Shown in pieces: positions 32,680 through 49,000 of a DNA stretch of 64,000 nucleotides. Source of the stretch: Macrostomum lignano. Taxonomy: Eukaryota. The notes below the pieces were generated by a model. That model worked only from the letters and a program-made list of their open reading frames with translations, was not told the origin of the DNA and made no database searches. The stretch's first letter is position 1; the number at the start of each line of letters is the position of its first letter. The translations under genes and the position numbers were made by a program. The DNA lies in assembly GCA_002269645.1 (NCBI GenBank), contig NIVC01000102.1:329950-393949 (forward strand), read 5' to 3'.

Positions 32680-33680
32680 CCATAAAGTCTCCCTCTACAA
32701 CCCCATAAAATCTCACTCTACTAACTCAATCAAATCTCGCTCTACTAACCCAATCAAATCTCACTCTACTAACTCAATCAAATCTCACTCTACTAGCCCA
32801 ATCAAATCTCACTCTACTAACTCAATCAAATCTCACTCTACTAGCCCAATCAAATCTCACTCTACTAACTCAATCAAATCTCACTCTACTAACTCAATCA
32901 AATCTCACTCTACTAACTCAATCAAATCTCACTCTACTAATTCAATCAAATCTCACTCTAATAACTCAATCAAATCTCATTCTACTAACTCAATCAAATC
33001 TCACTCTACTAACTCAATTAAATCTCACTCTACTAGCCCAATCAAATCTCACTCTACTAACTCAATCAAATCTCACTCTACTAACTCAATCAAATCTCAC
33101 TCTACTAACTCAATCAAATCTCACTCTACTAATTCAATCAAATCTCACTCTAATAACTCAATCAAATCTCATTCTACTAACTCAATCAAATCTCACTCTA
33201 CTAACTCAATCAAATCTCATTCTACTACCTCAATCAAATCTCATTCTACTACCTCACTCAAATCTCATTCTACTACCTCACTCAAATCTCATTCTACTAA
33301 CTCAATCAAATCTCACTCTACTAACTCAATCAAATCTCATTCTACTACCTCAATCAAATCTCATTCTACTACCTCAATCAAATCTCATTCTACTAACTCA
33401 ATCAAATCTCACTCTAATAACTCAATCAAATCTCATTCTACTAACTCAATCAAATCTCACTCTAATAACTCAATCAAATCTCACTCTACTAACTCGATCA
33501 AATCTCACTTTACTAACTCAATCAAATCTCGCTCTAATAACTCAATCAAATATCACTCTACTAACTCAATCAAATCTCATTCTACTACCTCAATCAAATC
33601 TCACTCTACTAACCCCATCAAATCTCACTCTACAACCCTATCAAATCTCACTCTACCGTCATCCATCAAATCTCACCTGA
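32680..33680 (+). repeat. 24-bp minisatellite, about 1 kb
   Basis: Unit actaactcaatcaaatctcactct. Confidence 0.95.
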
Positions 33681-34489
33681 CCACCCCATAAAAATTTGAG
33701 CTCTGCCATATGCAACTCCATCAGAACTCAGCCTGAAGTCTCACTCTGCATGTAAGTCTTCCTCACTCAAAAATAATTCTTGAACTGAATCAGTCAGAAA
33801 GCCCACTAATTCAGTAGGGCAACCGAAGCCGCACAATCGAGAATCTAGTTAATATTTTTTTGGCTAAACACTGCAAAGATTTCTTTTACTGGTTTGCATT
33901 TAAATCATTTACTGCCAGACTAAATGCTAATCCCCGTCTATAAAAGTGCTTTTTACTGATCTATATTTTAGACTAGAATAAATGACAGGGAAAAACACAC
34001 TAAGGCAACAGTACATGTCATGTCTGGGCCTATCTGCAGAACCAAAAATCCCTAATCTTATATCTTCTTGTATCTTATTCTTTATCATCTTACTGCCTGA
34101 AGAGCCTCAGCTCCCGTCCACTCCGCCTCTTCCTGGACCATCCATTTACTCAACTATCAGACAATATCCCCTGTCTCTTCATCCTTGCATTCGTATGGCA
34201 GGATGTAAATTTAATTAGCATAATTAATTCACGACCGGACCATCAATATACCAGCTTGCGTGCATTTTCCATTAATGGCTTGTATAGTAGAACATATGCT
34301 ATCATCAAACACTGAGAACCAACAGTCACAGTAAATAATAGTTGAGCTTGTCCAGATAACAGTGCAAAATATTACACTACCCTGCTATCTTAGGATTTTT
34401 AACTTGCAAGACAGCAGTTGGGAAAGAAAGGACAGCGTTTCAATATTCACGATACACAGCCGGCCAATTTCCCAGCCCTTCAATACGCC

Positions 34490-34860
34490 ACCACCCCAAC
34501 ACGCCAACCCCCCAACACGACAACCCCCAACACGACAACCCCCAACACGACAACCCCCAACACGCCAACCCCCAACACGATAACCCCCAACACGCCAACC
34601 CCCCAACACGATAACCCCCAACACGCCAACCCCCCAACACGACAACCCCCCAACACGACAACCCCCCAACACGACAACCCCCAACACGCCAACCCCCAAA
34701 CACACCAACCCCCAACAAACCACGCCCTAACAAACCAACTCCCCAGCTCAACAACCCTGGATTACAACCCCCCAAACAAGCCAACCGTAATAGACCAACC
34801 CCACAAAAACGCCAACTGCCCAACATGCCAACCCCCCAACACGCCAACCCATGACACTTT
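34490..34860 (+). repeat. 14-15-bp C-rich minisatellite
   Basis: Unit ccccaacacgacaa and variants. Confidence 0.88.
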
Positions 34861-35148
34861 AATCATTAGCCAGCAAATTTACCAAGCCCTGTCAAGCAAA
34901 CAGATTTTTTAACAAAAATAAAAAACAGATTTCTGTTTCATTTCAAGTCGTCAAGCAGAGAAGCTGAGAGCTCAAATTAATCATGAATTTAATGGATTCC
35001 TACGTTAAATTAACACTTGTTTGATGTAGGTAATTTTTCATACAAAAATTGGCACGCAGAGAAAAGTGCAAAAGCCTGGTTCTCTCTAGAAATTACCAGA
35101 TCCTAAGTCTTTGATAATAAAAATTGTAACACAGTAAGCAATTAAAAG

Positions 35149-35455
<307 letters not shown>

Positions 35456-35478
35456 AAAAGGTAGATAAACAGACTCAC

Positions 35479-35876
35479 TTGGAGTACTGCACCACCTGGC
35501 TGCAGCTCTCGGGACACGGCAGGCCAACAAAGCCGTCAACCCAGCCAGAATAATAGTACTGCATCGCAGGCACAGCTGCCAGGTTGGAGCAGGTGGACGC
35601 CTCAAAGCTGATGTTGATGCTGAACTGGTCTGCTAGGCCACGCCTCGTCAGCTCGGCGTTGATCAGGCTCTGGCTCGGCAGGATGTACCGCATGTCGAAC
35701 TGATAATTAGACTGATTGGGCAGCAGACACAGCAGGCGGTATGGCAGCGGCTGCTTCAACGCTGCCATCGAGGCCTGACTCTGGACGGCCTGGCGCCCCA
35801 GGCTAATTACTATAATTAGTTGCCATGCAGTCACGATTGACAACCTGAGCCTGTTGTCTGCTTGTAGATCTAGCAT
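35479..35876 (-). CDS. rGC variable cassette B, exon 1
   Basis: ATG 35876; hydrophobic LSIVTAWQLIIVISLG; YRLLCLLP...ASTCS...VDGFVGLPCPESC; phase-2 GTGAGT donor at 35478, in frame with 32370. Confidence 0.78.
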
Positions 35877-35986
35877 GAAGATTTTCTTTTTTTTTAATTT
35901 TCTTTTCAAACAAAAATTGTGACAGATGCTTCCAGCTGCTCAGATCGTCTTAAATAACGAGACTCTCTCCGTGTCGCGACTTGTCT

Positions 35987-35998
35987 TGATTGGCTGTG
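35987..35998 (-). promoter_or_regulatory. CCAAT box upstream of cassette B
   Basis: Sense CACAGCCAATCA about 111 bp upstream of the ATG; identical 12-mer upstream of cassette C. Confidence 0.55.
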
Positions 35999-36586
35999 AC
36001 GGCCTACAGCCAGTGAATGCTTCTGCTCCAGGAAATTTTGATCAGTTATCATATAGCTGCTGCTGCGTGTGTGTTTTGGTTTCAACTTGACCTCTCTGTC
36101 TTTCCCTCTACCTCTCAGTTTTTATCTGAACAGTGGCTGGCATCTGCGGAGGCTGAGAGGGTGCATGACTGCGCTGCACTTCAGGACCAACCCCGGGTTG
36201 CCGCACCCCACCCTCTCCAAACCCCTCTCTAGCAAGAGGAGAGAGTGGCGGCGGTTTCTGCTACACAGAGCGCCTGTTTCAAATAAAAGCAACGCACATA
36301 AGGCCATTTAGAATACGTAAAAGTCGAAAATATACCCAGTTTTCAAGGCCGTCGCTATTCGTTTTAATTAGGGTTTGTTGCTGGTGGGGAGGCCTGCAGG
36401 CCGCTTCACTTGACAGTGATTCAGTGGTCACCTGCAGTGTACTGTATACGATCTTTACCTGCTTTCAAGTGCAGCTCTTATTGCCACAGATTTAATCGCA
36501 GTGGGCTTTTGCCGTCCTCAGTTGGATTGGCAGTTGGATGGACACCTGTCCGCCTGTTCATGGGTACCGTCTGCCTGCCTGTTTAA

Positions 36587-36901
<315 letters not shown>

Positions 36902-37559
36902 AGAAAAACAAAGCAGCCCCGTTTTCTCAACCAGCTGCATTACTTCAGAACTGGAGCGTGTGCACCAAGCGCCCTAAATGCAGCTTCAGTACCCGAGTTG
37001 AGCTGCCCAACAATGCACTTTTATTCGTACTTAAGCGAGATGGATGAAGGCGGCCGCTTAGAAGCTGAATAAATGAGCTCGGCATCTTGATGCAGCACCA
37101 GATCTGCTTCACGCCACAATAAGCTTTGCAGTTTTTAGCGTGGGAATATCTGGAGATGCCAAGGCTGATGCCTAATGCGTTGATGCTTTAAGAGTTGACT
37201 TGCTAGTAGGCTGCACTTTTTGCTGCACATTTTCTCCAGAGAATGGGAGTTTCTTTCTTTAAAAACTTTATAGAAACTATGCATTTATTGATAGATTTGA
37301 AAATTGAAAATTTGATAAACAGAAAGATGTTTTCTACCGAAGATTGCGAGGCAAGCAAAGTTCCAGAGAATATTCATCCGCTTCTGTCTCCCTAGGGTAC
37401 TTTTTCCTAGCAAGGATTCTACTCTGACCGGATTAGTCTATGGCTAAAACCCATTTAGCGCTATTGAAAAAAATCAAATCACTGCAAAATCAATAGACAA
37501 TAGGACTGTAGATTGAGAGTTAATACTCTCTTCAATAAAACTCTTATAATTTTTTCTTC

Positions 37560-38230
37560 TCACCCTCTCTACCCTCCCTGACTACCCTGTCTATACCCTC
37601 CATGCCTCACCCTCTCTATACCCTCCATGCCTCACCCTCTCTATCCCCTTAATGTCTCACTGTCTCTGTACCCTCCCTGTCTCACCGTCTCTGTACCCTC
37701 CCTGACTACCCTGTCTATACCCTCCATGCCTCACCCTCTCTATACCCTCCATGCCTCACCCTCTCTATCCCCTTAATGTCTCACCGTCTCTGTACCCTCC
37801 CTGTCTCACCGTCTCTGTACCCTCCCTGACTACCCTGTCTATACCCTCCATGCCTCACCCTCTCTGTACCCTCCCTGACTCACCCTCTCTATACCCTCCA
37901 TGCCTCACCCTCTCTATACCCTCCATGCCTCACCCTCTCTATCCCCTTAATGTCTCACCGTCTCTGTACCCTCCCTGTCTCACCGTCTCTATACCCTCCA
38001 TGCCTCACCCTCTCTGTACCCTCCCTATCTCACCCTCTCTATACCCTCCCTGACTCACCCTCTCTATACCCTCCCTGACTCACCCTCTCTATACCTTCAA
38101 TGCCTCACCCTCTCTGTACCCTCCCTGACTCACCCTCTCTATACCCTCCCTGACTCACCCTCTCTATACCCTCCCTGACTCACCCTCTCTGTACCCTCCC
38201 TGACTCACCCTCTCTGTACCCTCCCTGTAT
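37560..38230 (+). repeat. ~23-25-bp C/T-rich minisatellite
   Basis: Unit ccctccctgactcaccctctctata and variants. Confidence 0.9.
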
Positions 38231-38994
38231 CATCCTCTCTTACCCACAGTCTCATTGCAGTGTTTCTTCTCTCGCCAAGTCATATTTTGTTCTGTTAGCT
38301 GGCACCTATCTTCCAGTATCGCAAATAAGAATGCTTTGAGGATGAAGGCAACATGCCACTGACGATATTTCACCCACAGCACGTTGACTATTGCTGACAA
38401 ACTTAAAATTGTAAGTGCACCTGGGATTCCTTCATTTTATCAGAAATTTCTTCAATACGCACATAAGAGTAGGAGTTTAGCGTTGCCAAATAGCTGGAAT
38501 TGGAAAAGTACACAGAGATCTCGGCTTGTTTTGCACTGTAGAGATAACATCCCGTATGTAGATTTCTACATGTCACGCACCTGGCATAGCAACAGATATT
38601 GTCGCTTCTCCCCATTTCCGCATGGGAGATAAATAAAAAGAGGGATCCGAGAGGATCAAAGCTACAAGTTTATCAGTCAGCTTCATCCCCAGGTTTACCA
38701 CCTTCCAGCAACTACTAAGATATGGTTATAGAAAATGTCAGTTCACTATAGGAACCGAACCGCCTTATGAAGCGGTAGTGAATCCAGGACATCAATTCGC
38801 CTCTCAGTCGAGCCCCCCCCCCCTTCCCGATGTGCAGCTGCAGAAAGTCACGTAAAAAATGGGGCGGCATCAATCTTCTAGCCAGTCTGGGGTGAACATC
38901 CTCCTTTTCTCCTCCTTTCTCTGCTATCTGCTCCGCGCTTGTCAAATTTCTTACCTTGCTTGTGTTTCTCCTCTCTGCTACCTCTGTGCTCACC

Positions 38995-39830
38995 CATCCC
39001 GTGTCACCCTCCCTGTTTCATCATCCCTACCCTCTCTGTGTCACCCTCTCTACCCTCCCTGTGTCACCCTCCCTACCCTCCCTGTGTCACCCTCTCTACC
39101 CTCCCTGTGTCATCCTCCCTACCCTCCCTGTGTCACCCTCTCTACCCTCCCTGTGTCACCCTCCCTACTCTCTCTGTGTCACCCTCTCTACCCTCCCTAT
39201 GTCACTCTCTCTACCCTCCCTGTGTCACCCTCTCTACCCTCCCTGTGTCATCCGCCCTACCCTCCCTGTGTCACCCTCCCTACCCTCTCTGTGTCACCCT
39301 CTCTACCCTCCCTGTGTCATCCTCCCTACCCTCCCTATGTCACTCTCTCTACCCTCCCTGTGTCACCCTCTCTACCCTCCCTGTGTCACCCTCTCTACCC
39401 TCCCTATGTCACTCTCTCTACCCTCCCTGTGTCACCCTCTCTACCCTCCCTGTGTCACCCTCCCTACCCTCCCTGTGTCACCCTCTCTACCCTCCCTGTG
39501 TCATCCTCCCTACCCTCCCTGTGTCACCCTCTCTACCCTCCCTGTGTCACCATCACTACCCTCCCTGTCTCACCCTCAGTGTCTCATCCTCTTTACCCTC
39601 CCCGTGTCTCCCTCTCTACCCTTCCCGTGTTACTCTCTCTACCCTCCCTCTACCCTCTCTACCCTCCCTCTACCCTCTCTACCCTCCCTCTACCCTCTCT
39701 ACCCTCCCTCTACCCTCTCTACCCTCCCTCTACCCTCTCTGTCTCCTTCTACCATCCATGTGTCACCCTCTCTACCCCCCTGTCCCACCCTCTCTACCCT
39801 CCCTACCTCACCCTCTCTACACCGCCTCAG
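38995..39830 (+). repeat. 23-bp C/T-rich minisatellite related to 37560-38230
   Basis: Unit ccctccctgtgtcaccctctcta. Confidence 0.9.
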
Positions 39831-40829
39831 TTTCACCCTCTCTTCGCTCACAATGTCTCCTATTCCTTATCGTTCTCTCACCCATGTTTTTATCCCAAAT
39901 ATGAATATTATAAAGATAAAAACACACTGTGCACTCATGTATAATACCCATAGCATGATGAAGATTCCCTGACCAGCTTAAGCAAGCAGAGATGCTGACC
40001 CAGCTTCATTTTCGCTCGCACTTTTCCTCTCACGATCCACAAACGGCTGTGTTCCCCCTTTTTGCGCTTTTGGTTAGTTGCCACTCAAGCAGGGGCTCTT
40101 TCTTTACTGGGATCAAATACCTGCTGACTGACTTTAACGAACCAAACGCTCAAACAGTGTAATGCTTGACTTCCTTCATTATTCAATCTGAAAAGCAGCA
40201 TATGGGCCGCATGTGCATCAGTGCAAGAGCTCATAGAAGTATGGAAAAGTACACTGTCATGTTTATTAAGTTCGTGATACATTTCGCGATTCCTACGCGA
40301 ATGAGTCATAAGAAGCTACGAGTAGAATGAGTTAATAGATGTAAAAAAGTAATAAAACATTCTTAAATGAGTCACAAGATGCTAAATTGAGTCATAGAAT
40401 ACTAGAATGAGTCATAAGATGCTACAATGAGTCATACGAATCTACCGGCTTGAATTTACCAGAAAGATGCATGCCTAACTTTTCCTATTTTTTGCCGCAG
40501 AGATCAGACAGAAGAAAATTGGAAAAGGCAACCTGTGCTCAAACATTGAGATCATAGCGAAATTTCGATCGATTTTATTTGCTCTCAAATTTTGTCTTGT
40601 TACCTTTGCATTCTTTTATTTCTTTTTTAGCAATGATTTTTTGAAAATTTTAGACGAATCCTAGCAATCCTACTTTAGGTAGAAATATAGGGACATTATT
40701 GGAGCAGAGCATCTCAGTGGTAAACGCGTCTGAATCTCGGGCCACGACAAGTGGTTTGAGTTCGTTGGTCGCAACAATCATTTAGGGCTTGTGCACGAAA
40801 ATTGGCCTCTCTTCTCCCTGTCCCCCTGT

Positions 40830-42135
<1,306 letters not shown>

Positions 42136-42774
42136 TTGTCTCCCTCTTACTGTCTCCCTCTCACTGTCTCCCTCTCAGTGTCTTCCCGTCTCCCTGTCTC
42201 TTTGTCTCCCTGTCCTACTCTCCACCCCTTCTTATGCTGCATCAACACTAATATATCTCAATCCCAATTTACCTTCTCATGTGCATCTTTATCAACCGCC
42301 CTCCTTCCTCCAGTCCCATCAATCTATTTTTCTGCACCCTTCATCTTTCCCATTTTTCATTTTTCTCCCGAAATCCTCAATCCATCGACGCACAGACCGC
42401 ACAGATAACAACCCCCGCTCTCCACTCCCCCCAGATCCGTTTGTTGCCAAAAGCATTGAGCGCCATCATCAAAAAGCTGTGTCTTTCGGGGGCCCAATTG
42501 CCTTCGGGTGTGAAAGCTGTTCGTGCAGCTATCATATAATCATAAATCAAAGCATGCAGCATTCCCCACCCAGCAGGCCTTGAGGACATTTTTCTTCTGA
42601 TCAGCTGCTGGGAGTCTGCGTGCATGATGCAGCTTCTCTGCTGTCAATCGATTCCATATGCTGGCCGGCATTGCTAAAATCGCTATTCATTTAGAGATTA
42701 AAGATCAACAGACAGATAGATGGATGGGTGGATATTCGGACGGGCTGTGAGCATCCTGGCGCAACACCCTGTGA

Positions 42775-43910
42775 GAATAGGAGACAGAGAGACAGGGAGA
42801 CAGGGAGACAGGCAGACAGGCAGACAGGGAGACAGGCAGACAGGGAGACAGGGAGACAGGCAGACAGGCAGACAGGGAGACAGGCAGACAGGGAGACAGG
42901 GAGACAAGGAGACAGGGAGACAGGGAGACAGGGAGACAGTTAGACAGGGAGACAGGCAGACAGGGAGACAGCCAGACAGGGAGACAGGGAGAGAGGGAGA
43001 CAGGGAGACAGGGAGACAGGGAGACAGGGAGACAGGCAGACAGGGAGACAGGGAGACAGGCAGACAGGGAGACATGGAGACAGGGAGAGAGAGAGAGACA
43101 GGCAGACAGGGAGACAGGGAAATAGGGAGACAGGCAGACAGGCAGACAGGCAGACAGGCAGACAGAGAGACAGCCAGACAGGGAGACAGGGAGACAGGGA
43201 GACACGGAGACAGGGAGATAGGCAGACAGGGAGACAGGCAGACAGGGAGACACGGAGACAGGGAGACAGGCAGACAGGGAGACACGGAGACAGGGAGACA
43301 GGCAGACAGGGAGTCACGGAGACAGGGAGACAGGCAGACAGGGAGACAGGCAGACAGGGAGTCACGGAGACAGGGAGACAGGCAGACAGGGAGACAGGCA
43401 GACAGGGAGACACGGAGACAAGGAGACAGGCAGACATGGAGACAGGGAGACAGGGAGACAGGGAGACACGGAGACAAGGAGACATGCAGACAGGGAGACA
43501 AGGAGACAGGGAGACAGGCAGACAGGGAGACAGGGAGACAGGGAGACAGGGAGAGAAGGGAGACAGGCAGACAGGGAGACAGGCAGACAGGGAGACACGG
43601 AGACAAGGAGACAGGCAGACACGGAGACAGGGAGACAGGGAGACAGGGAGACAGGCAGACAGGGAGACACGGAGACAGGGAGACAGGTAGACAGGGAGAC
43701 AGGCAGACAGGCAGACAGGGAGACACGGAGACAGGGAGACAGGCAGACAGGGAGACAGGGAGACACGGAGACAGGCAGACAGGCAGACAGGGAGACACGG
43801 AGGCAGGGAGACAGGCAGACAGGGAGACACGGAGACAAGGAGACAGGCAGACAGGGAGACAGAGAGACAGGGAGACAGGGAGACAGGGAGACAGGGAGAC
43901 AGGGAGAGAA
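42775..43910 (+). repeat. 8-bp minisatellite, about 1.1 kb
   Basis: Units gggagaca/ggcagaca. Confidence 0.95.
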
Positions 43911-45169
43911 GGGAGATTTGTAACCTTAAATCCTAGGTAAGCCCCAATAAGGTTACCGGTAACATTAAGCTAGGACACTGCTAACATGATAATTCTACAA
44001 TCAGAAACGCGAACTCAACAACAGGCGCACCCCAGCAGTTGCCTTAAAAGGAGCTGCTAACGAGAATTATGAAGACTCTTGTCAGAGCTTTGCGCGAAAC
44101 ACTGAGAGGGCCGGTGGGGCGGTGTGACTGAGAGCAAAGAGCCAAGCAGATTATAACAAAGATACAGGGCAGACTGTTGTCGCCAGCCGCTCCCAGCCAA
44201 GAAAACTTGCTTAGCCTTACAGCATGAAGCCTCAAAGGACTGTAACTGACTAACTGACTTGATCAGCTTTCAACAGCTTTTTTGATACAGTTTCTGTGAA
44301 AAAGCAGACTCTGTACATAAAAGTACATATTAGGGCCACCTGCCATGTTGCCAAATTTCATTAGTAAAATTGTTATCTGATACTTATTTATATCATTAGT
44401 GAAAACAAATATTAAAGTAAAATCTCTTTTAGTAAAAATAAACAAAACTAAAGTGAATCGATAGAATCGTTCTAAAGGTCGCGAGCTCGAGTCCCGATTG
44501 AGACTAATAATCTTTTCCGAGTTACAAAGACACCCCAAAAAGGTGGCAGAAACTGTCAAGTTTTATTCCCAGTAACACACTTTTAGTATTGTTTGAAATT
44601 TACCTCATCACTTACTTGAAATTTAGTAGAATTTTTACCGTACGATATGTATCGAAAAGACGCTTCCGTAATGGGAAAAAAGTATGCGTAGACATTATAT
44701 CTAGCTAGTGAATAACCAAGGAGCGTCCTAATTGTGACCGCAGTTACATCTAAATGCTTTCACGGCTCTTCTTAATGTACTCATCGATTTTTTTTATTCA
44801 AAATCCCAAAGGAATTCCAAAAGTTTTATGCTGGAACTTCTTCTGTCCTGGTGCCTCGATAATTAGGGCGCACGCACTCGGGCCGGGGTTGCAAGAGTTT
44901 CCTCAGCGGCCCGAATCCGCTCAACCGCAACGGCTTTTTTCAAGGTTCTCCGAAGCCTCTCCAGCGATTTTAAGTCCATCAGTGGGACAGAGAAATCTCC
45001 CATCTTTTTTTAATATCCACTACCGCCTCCATTATATTCCATGAGCGGTGCTTCTTCTAGGTAGGAGAAATTTCTATTTCATATAATTTACCCGCTCGAG
45101 TGAATAGAAGTACAGAATAGAAAGTCAATTCAGATTACCCAAGATAGATATACTCAAGATAGAATTATC

Positions 45170-45470
45170 CGAGATAGAATCACCCAAGATAGAATCACCC
45201 AAGATAGAATCACCCAAGATAGAATCACCCAAGATAGAATCACCCAAGACAGAATCACCCAAGATAGAATCACCCAAGACAGAATCACCCGAGACAGAAT
45301 CACCCAAGACAGAATCATCTAAGATAGAATCACCACAGATAGAATCACCACAGATAGAATCACCCAAGAAAGAATCACCCAAGATAGAATCACCCAAGAA
45401 AGAATCACCCAAGATAGAATCACCCAAGACAGAATCACCCAGGATAGAATCAGCCAAGATAGAATCACCC
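45170..45470 (+). repeat. 15-bp minisatellite
   Basis: Unit gatagaatcacccaa. Confidence 0.95.
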
Positions 45471-45914
45471 TAGATTTACCTGTTTCAAATTGACCGTTGA
45501 TGTATTTCGCATTTTAGTCTTTACTGTTTATTTGTAATTCCTGACTGTTATCTTAAAAATATTTTGCCATTTTTAGTTGCACGATAACAATTGGAAAGGA
45601 CAAAATGAAAGCTCAGTATTTTACCTAATTTGTTTTTACACAAGGCAGACAAACAGACAGGCGCAAAGCTCCAAAGCTTTAGCAATTTTATTTAAAATTG
45701 AAAAGATAAAATCACTGTGCATATCGCCTTTGTTCTTCAGATTTTAAGTTCAGATAATTTGACTCATGGCTGGATTGTAATGAAAAAATGGGTTTAAAAT
45801 TCGAGTGCAAATTTGAAAGCAAACAATTGAGTCTTGCTGCTTCAGCGAAAGTACTTTAATTTATAGGCTGCAAATTTCTAGCATCATTTTATTTATGATC
45901 CTTTAGGCCACTCA

Positions 45915-47150
45915 GCATCACCCTATCTATGATTCTTCAGGCCATCGTCCTTATCTATGATTCTTAAGGCCACCATTTTTATCTATGATCCCTAAGGTCA
46001 TCATCTTTATCTATGATCCTCAAGGTCATCATCCTTATCTATGATCCTTAAGGTCATCATCTTTATCTATGATCCTCAAGGTCATCATCCTTATCTATGA
46101 TCCTTAAGGCCACCATCCTTATCTATGATCCTTAAGGCCATCATCCTTATCTATGATTCTTAAGGCCACCATCCTTATCTATGATTTCTTCAGGCCATCA
46201 TCCTTATCTATGATTTTTAAGGCTACCATCCTTATCTATGATTCTTAAGGCCATCATCCTTATCTATGATTCTTAAGGCCACCATCCTTATCTATGATCC
46301 TTAAGGCCACCATCCTTATCTATGATTCTTAAGGCCACCATCCTTATCTATGATCCTTAAGGCCACCATCCTTATCTATGATCCTTAAGGCCACCAGCCT
46401 TATCTATGATCCTTAAGGCCATCATCCTTATATATGATCCTTAAGGCCACCATCCTTATCTATGATCCTTAAGGCCATCATCCTTATCTATGATTCTTAA
46501 GGCCACCATCCTTATCTATGATTTCTTCAGGCCATCATCCTTATCTATGATTCTTAAGGCTACCATCCTTATCTATGATTCTTAAGGCCATCATCCTTAT
46601 CTATGATTCTTAAGGCCACCATCCTTATCTATGATCCTTAAGGCCACCATCCTTATCTATGATTCTTAAGGCCACCATCCTTATCTATGATCCTTAAGGC
46701 CACCATCCTTATCTATGATCCTTAAGGCCACCAGCCTTATCTATGATCCTTAAGGGCACCATCTTTATCTATGATCCTTAAGGCCATCATCCTTATCTAT
46801 GATCCTTAAGGCCACAATCCTTATCTATGATTATTAAGGCCACCATCCTTATCTATGATTTCTTCAGGCCATCATCCTTATCTATGATTCTTAAGGCTAC
46901 CATCCTTATCTATGATTCTTAAGGCCATCATCCTTATCTATGATTCTTAAGGCCACCATCCTTATCTATGATCCTTAAGGCCACCATCCTTATCTATGAT
47001 CCTTAAGGCCACCATCCTTATCTATGATCCTTAAGGCCACCAGCCTTATCTATGATCCTTAAGGCCACCATCCTTATCTATGATCCTTAAGGCCACCATC
47101 CTTATCTATGATCCTTAAGGCCATCATCCTTATCTATGATCCTTAAGGAC
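45915..47150 (+). repeat. 28-bp minisatellite, about 1.2 kb
   Basis: Unit ccttatctatgatccttaaggccaccat (contains the palindrome CCTTAAGG). Confidence 0.95.
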
Positions 47151-47984
47151 ACTCAGCAACCCCTATTATTTATGATCCGTCAGGAAACTCAGCAAACCCT
47201 ATTTATGATCCGCCAGTAGTCTTAAGCCCGTATCTGCCATATACTCGTGCAGCTCTCTGTATCCTTGAACATTATCCCAAAAAGCCACCAAAAAGGCCTG
47301 GGAATTCTCAGGATTAGAAACAAATAATGATTCCCTCATCAGAATCTGAATCGCTCTTAGCCCAGCAACACTCTCTAGTTGGATTATTCCCAGCAAATGC
47401 GTGCAGTTTACCCCGCTGACCTGCGACAGTGGCTGTCTGTCTCTCGTCTATCCCGGCAGAAAAAAAATATATATTGATCCATCGCAGCATCCATAGAAGA
47501 GCCTCATCCTGCAAGGACACTATCGGGGGTAATGCAAAACGCAATATATAACAGCAGCAACCCTGTTGAATTTTGGGAAAACGAACACTGAGAAAGCTGA
47601 GGGCTGCACTGGAGCTGCCGAGAGTGTGATGGAGAAGAGAGAGAAGAGAGCAGACTCAACTCAACAGCTGAGAATTTTAGCAGCTGTCTGGAGTCTCGCA
47701 TTCAACAGTTTGTCAATTCGCGCTCATCCCCAGCTAGCTGTATATATAATGCTAGTAGTTAAAATCCTTAAAAGCCCCTCGCTGGTCGAGATTTCCCAGA
47801 TTATTATTATTGAACAAACTGTCTTTCTTTCAATGAATTCTGCACTAAGCAAAGCTGTGGGATATGCTATATGCTAATCCCGCTGAGTTTTATGAACCAG
47901 CTGAGCTTGTGGCTCACGCATTTGAACTGCAATTTCAAATTGAGAAACCGTTTTCTCGGGGAATGTCTTTTCTCCCTGAAGAAA

Positions 47985-49000
47985 GTCCTTCTGAGGTCCT
48001 CTAAACTCATCTATGGTCCTTTTGAGGTCCTCTAAACTCATCTATGGTCCTTTTGAGGTCCTCTAAACTCATCTATGGTCCTTTTGAGGTCCTCTAAACT
48101 CATCTATGGTCCTTTTGAGGTCCTCTAAACTAATCTATGGTCCTTCTGAGGTCCTCTAAACTCATCTATGGTCCTTTTGAGGTCCTCTAAACTAATCTAT
48201 GGTCCTTCTGAGGTCCTCTAAACTCATCTATGGTCCTTCTGAGGTCCTCTAGACTCATCTATAGTCCTTCTGAGGTCCTCTAAACTCATCTATGGTCCTT
48301 TTGAGGTCCTTTTGAGGTCATCTAAACTTATCTATGGTCCTTCTGAGGTCCTCTAGACTCATCTATAGTCCTTCTGAGGTCCTCTAAACTCATCTATGGT
48401 CCTTTTGAGGTCCTTTTGAGGTCATCTAAACTTATCTATGGTCCTTCTGAGGTCCTCTAAACTCATCTATGGTCCTTCTGAGGTCCTCTAAACTCATCTA
48501 TGGTCCTTCTGAGGTCCCCTAAACTTATCCATGGTCCATCTGACGTCCTCTAAACTCATCTATGGTCCTTCTGAGGTCCTCTAAACTCATATATGGCGTT
48601 TCAGGGATCCTCTAAACTATGGTCCTTCTGGGTCCTCTAAAATCATATATCATCCTTTTATGGTCCTCTAAAAATATATATGGTCCTTCTGAGGTCCTCT
48701 AAAATCATCTATATGGACCTTCTGAGGTCCTCTAAACTCATCTATGGTCCTTTTGAGGTCCTCTAAACTCATCTATGGTCCTTCTGAGGTCCTCTAAACT
48801 CATCTATGGTCCTTCTGAGGTCCTCTAAACTCATCTATGGTCCTTCTGAGGTCCTCTAAACTCATATATGGCGTTTCAGGGATCCTCTAAACTATGGTCC
48901 TTCTGGGTCCTCTAAAATCAAATACATCCTTTTATGGTCCTCTAAAAATACGAGTATATATGGTCCTTCTGAGGTCCTCTAAACTCATCTATATGGTCTT
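47985..49000 (+). repeat. 31-bp minisatellite, about 1 kb
   Basis: Unit ggtccttctgaggtcctctaaactcatctat. Confidence 0.95.

Noticed and set aside
40700-40770. tRNA gene or SINE head (A-box-like CTCAGTGGTAA, B-box-like GGTTTGAG)
   Set aside because: No cloverleaf, tail or TSD could be built; at most a very degenerate SINE fragment.
47199-47560. Unique GC-moderate island with short minus-strand ORFs as another cassette
   Set aside because: No ANF-receptor motifs or suitable splice sites found.
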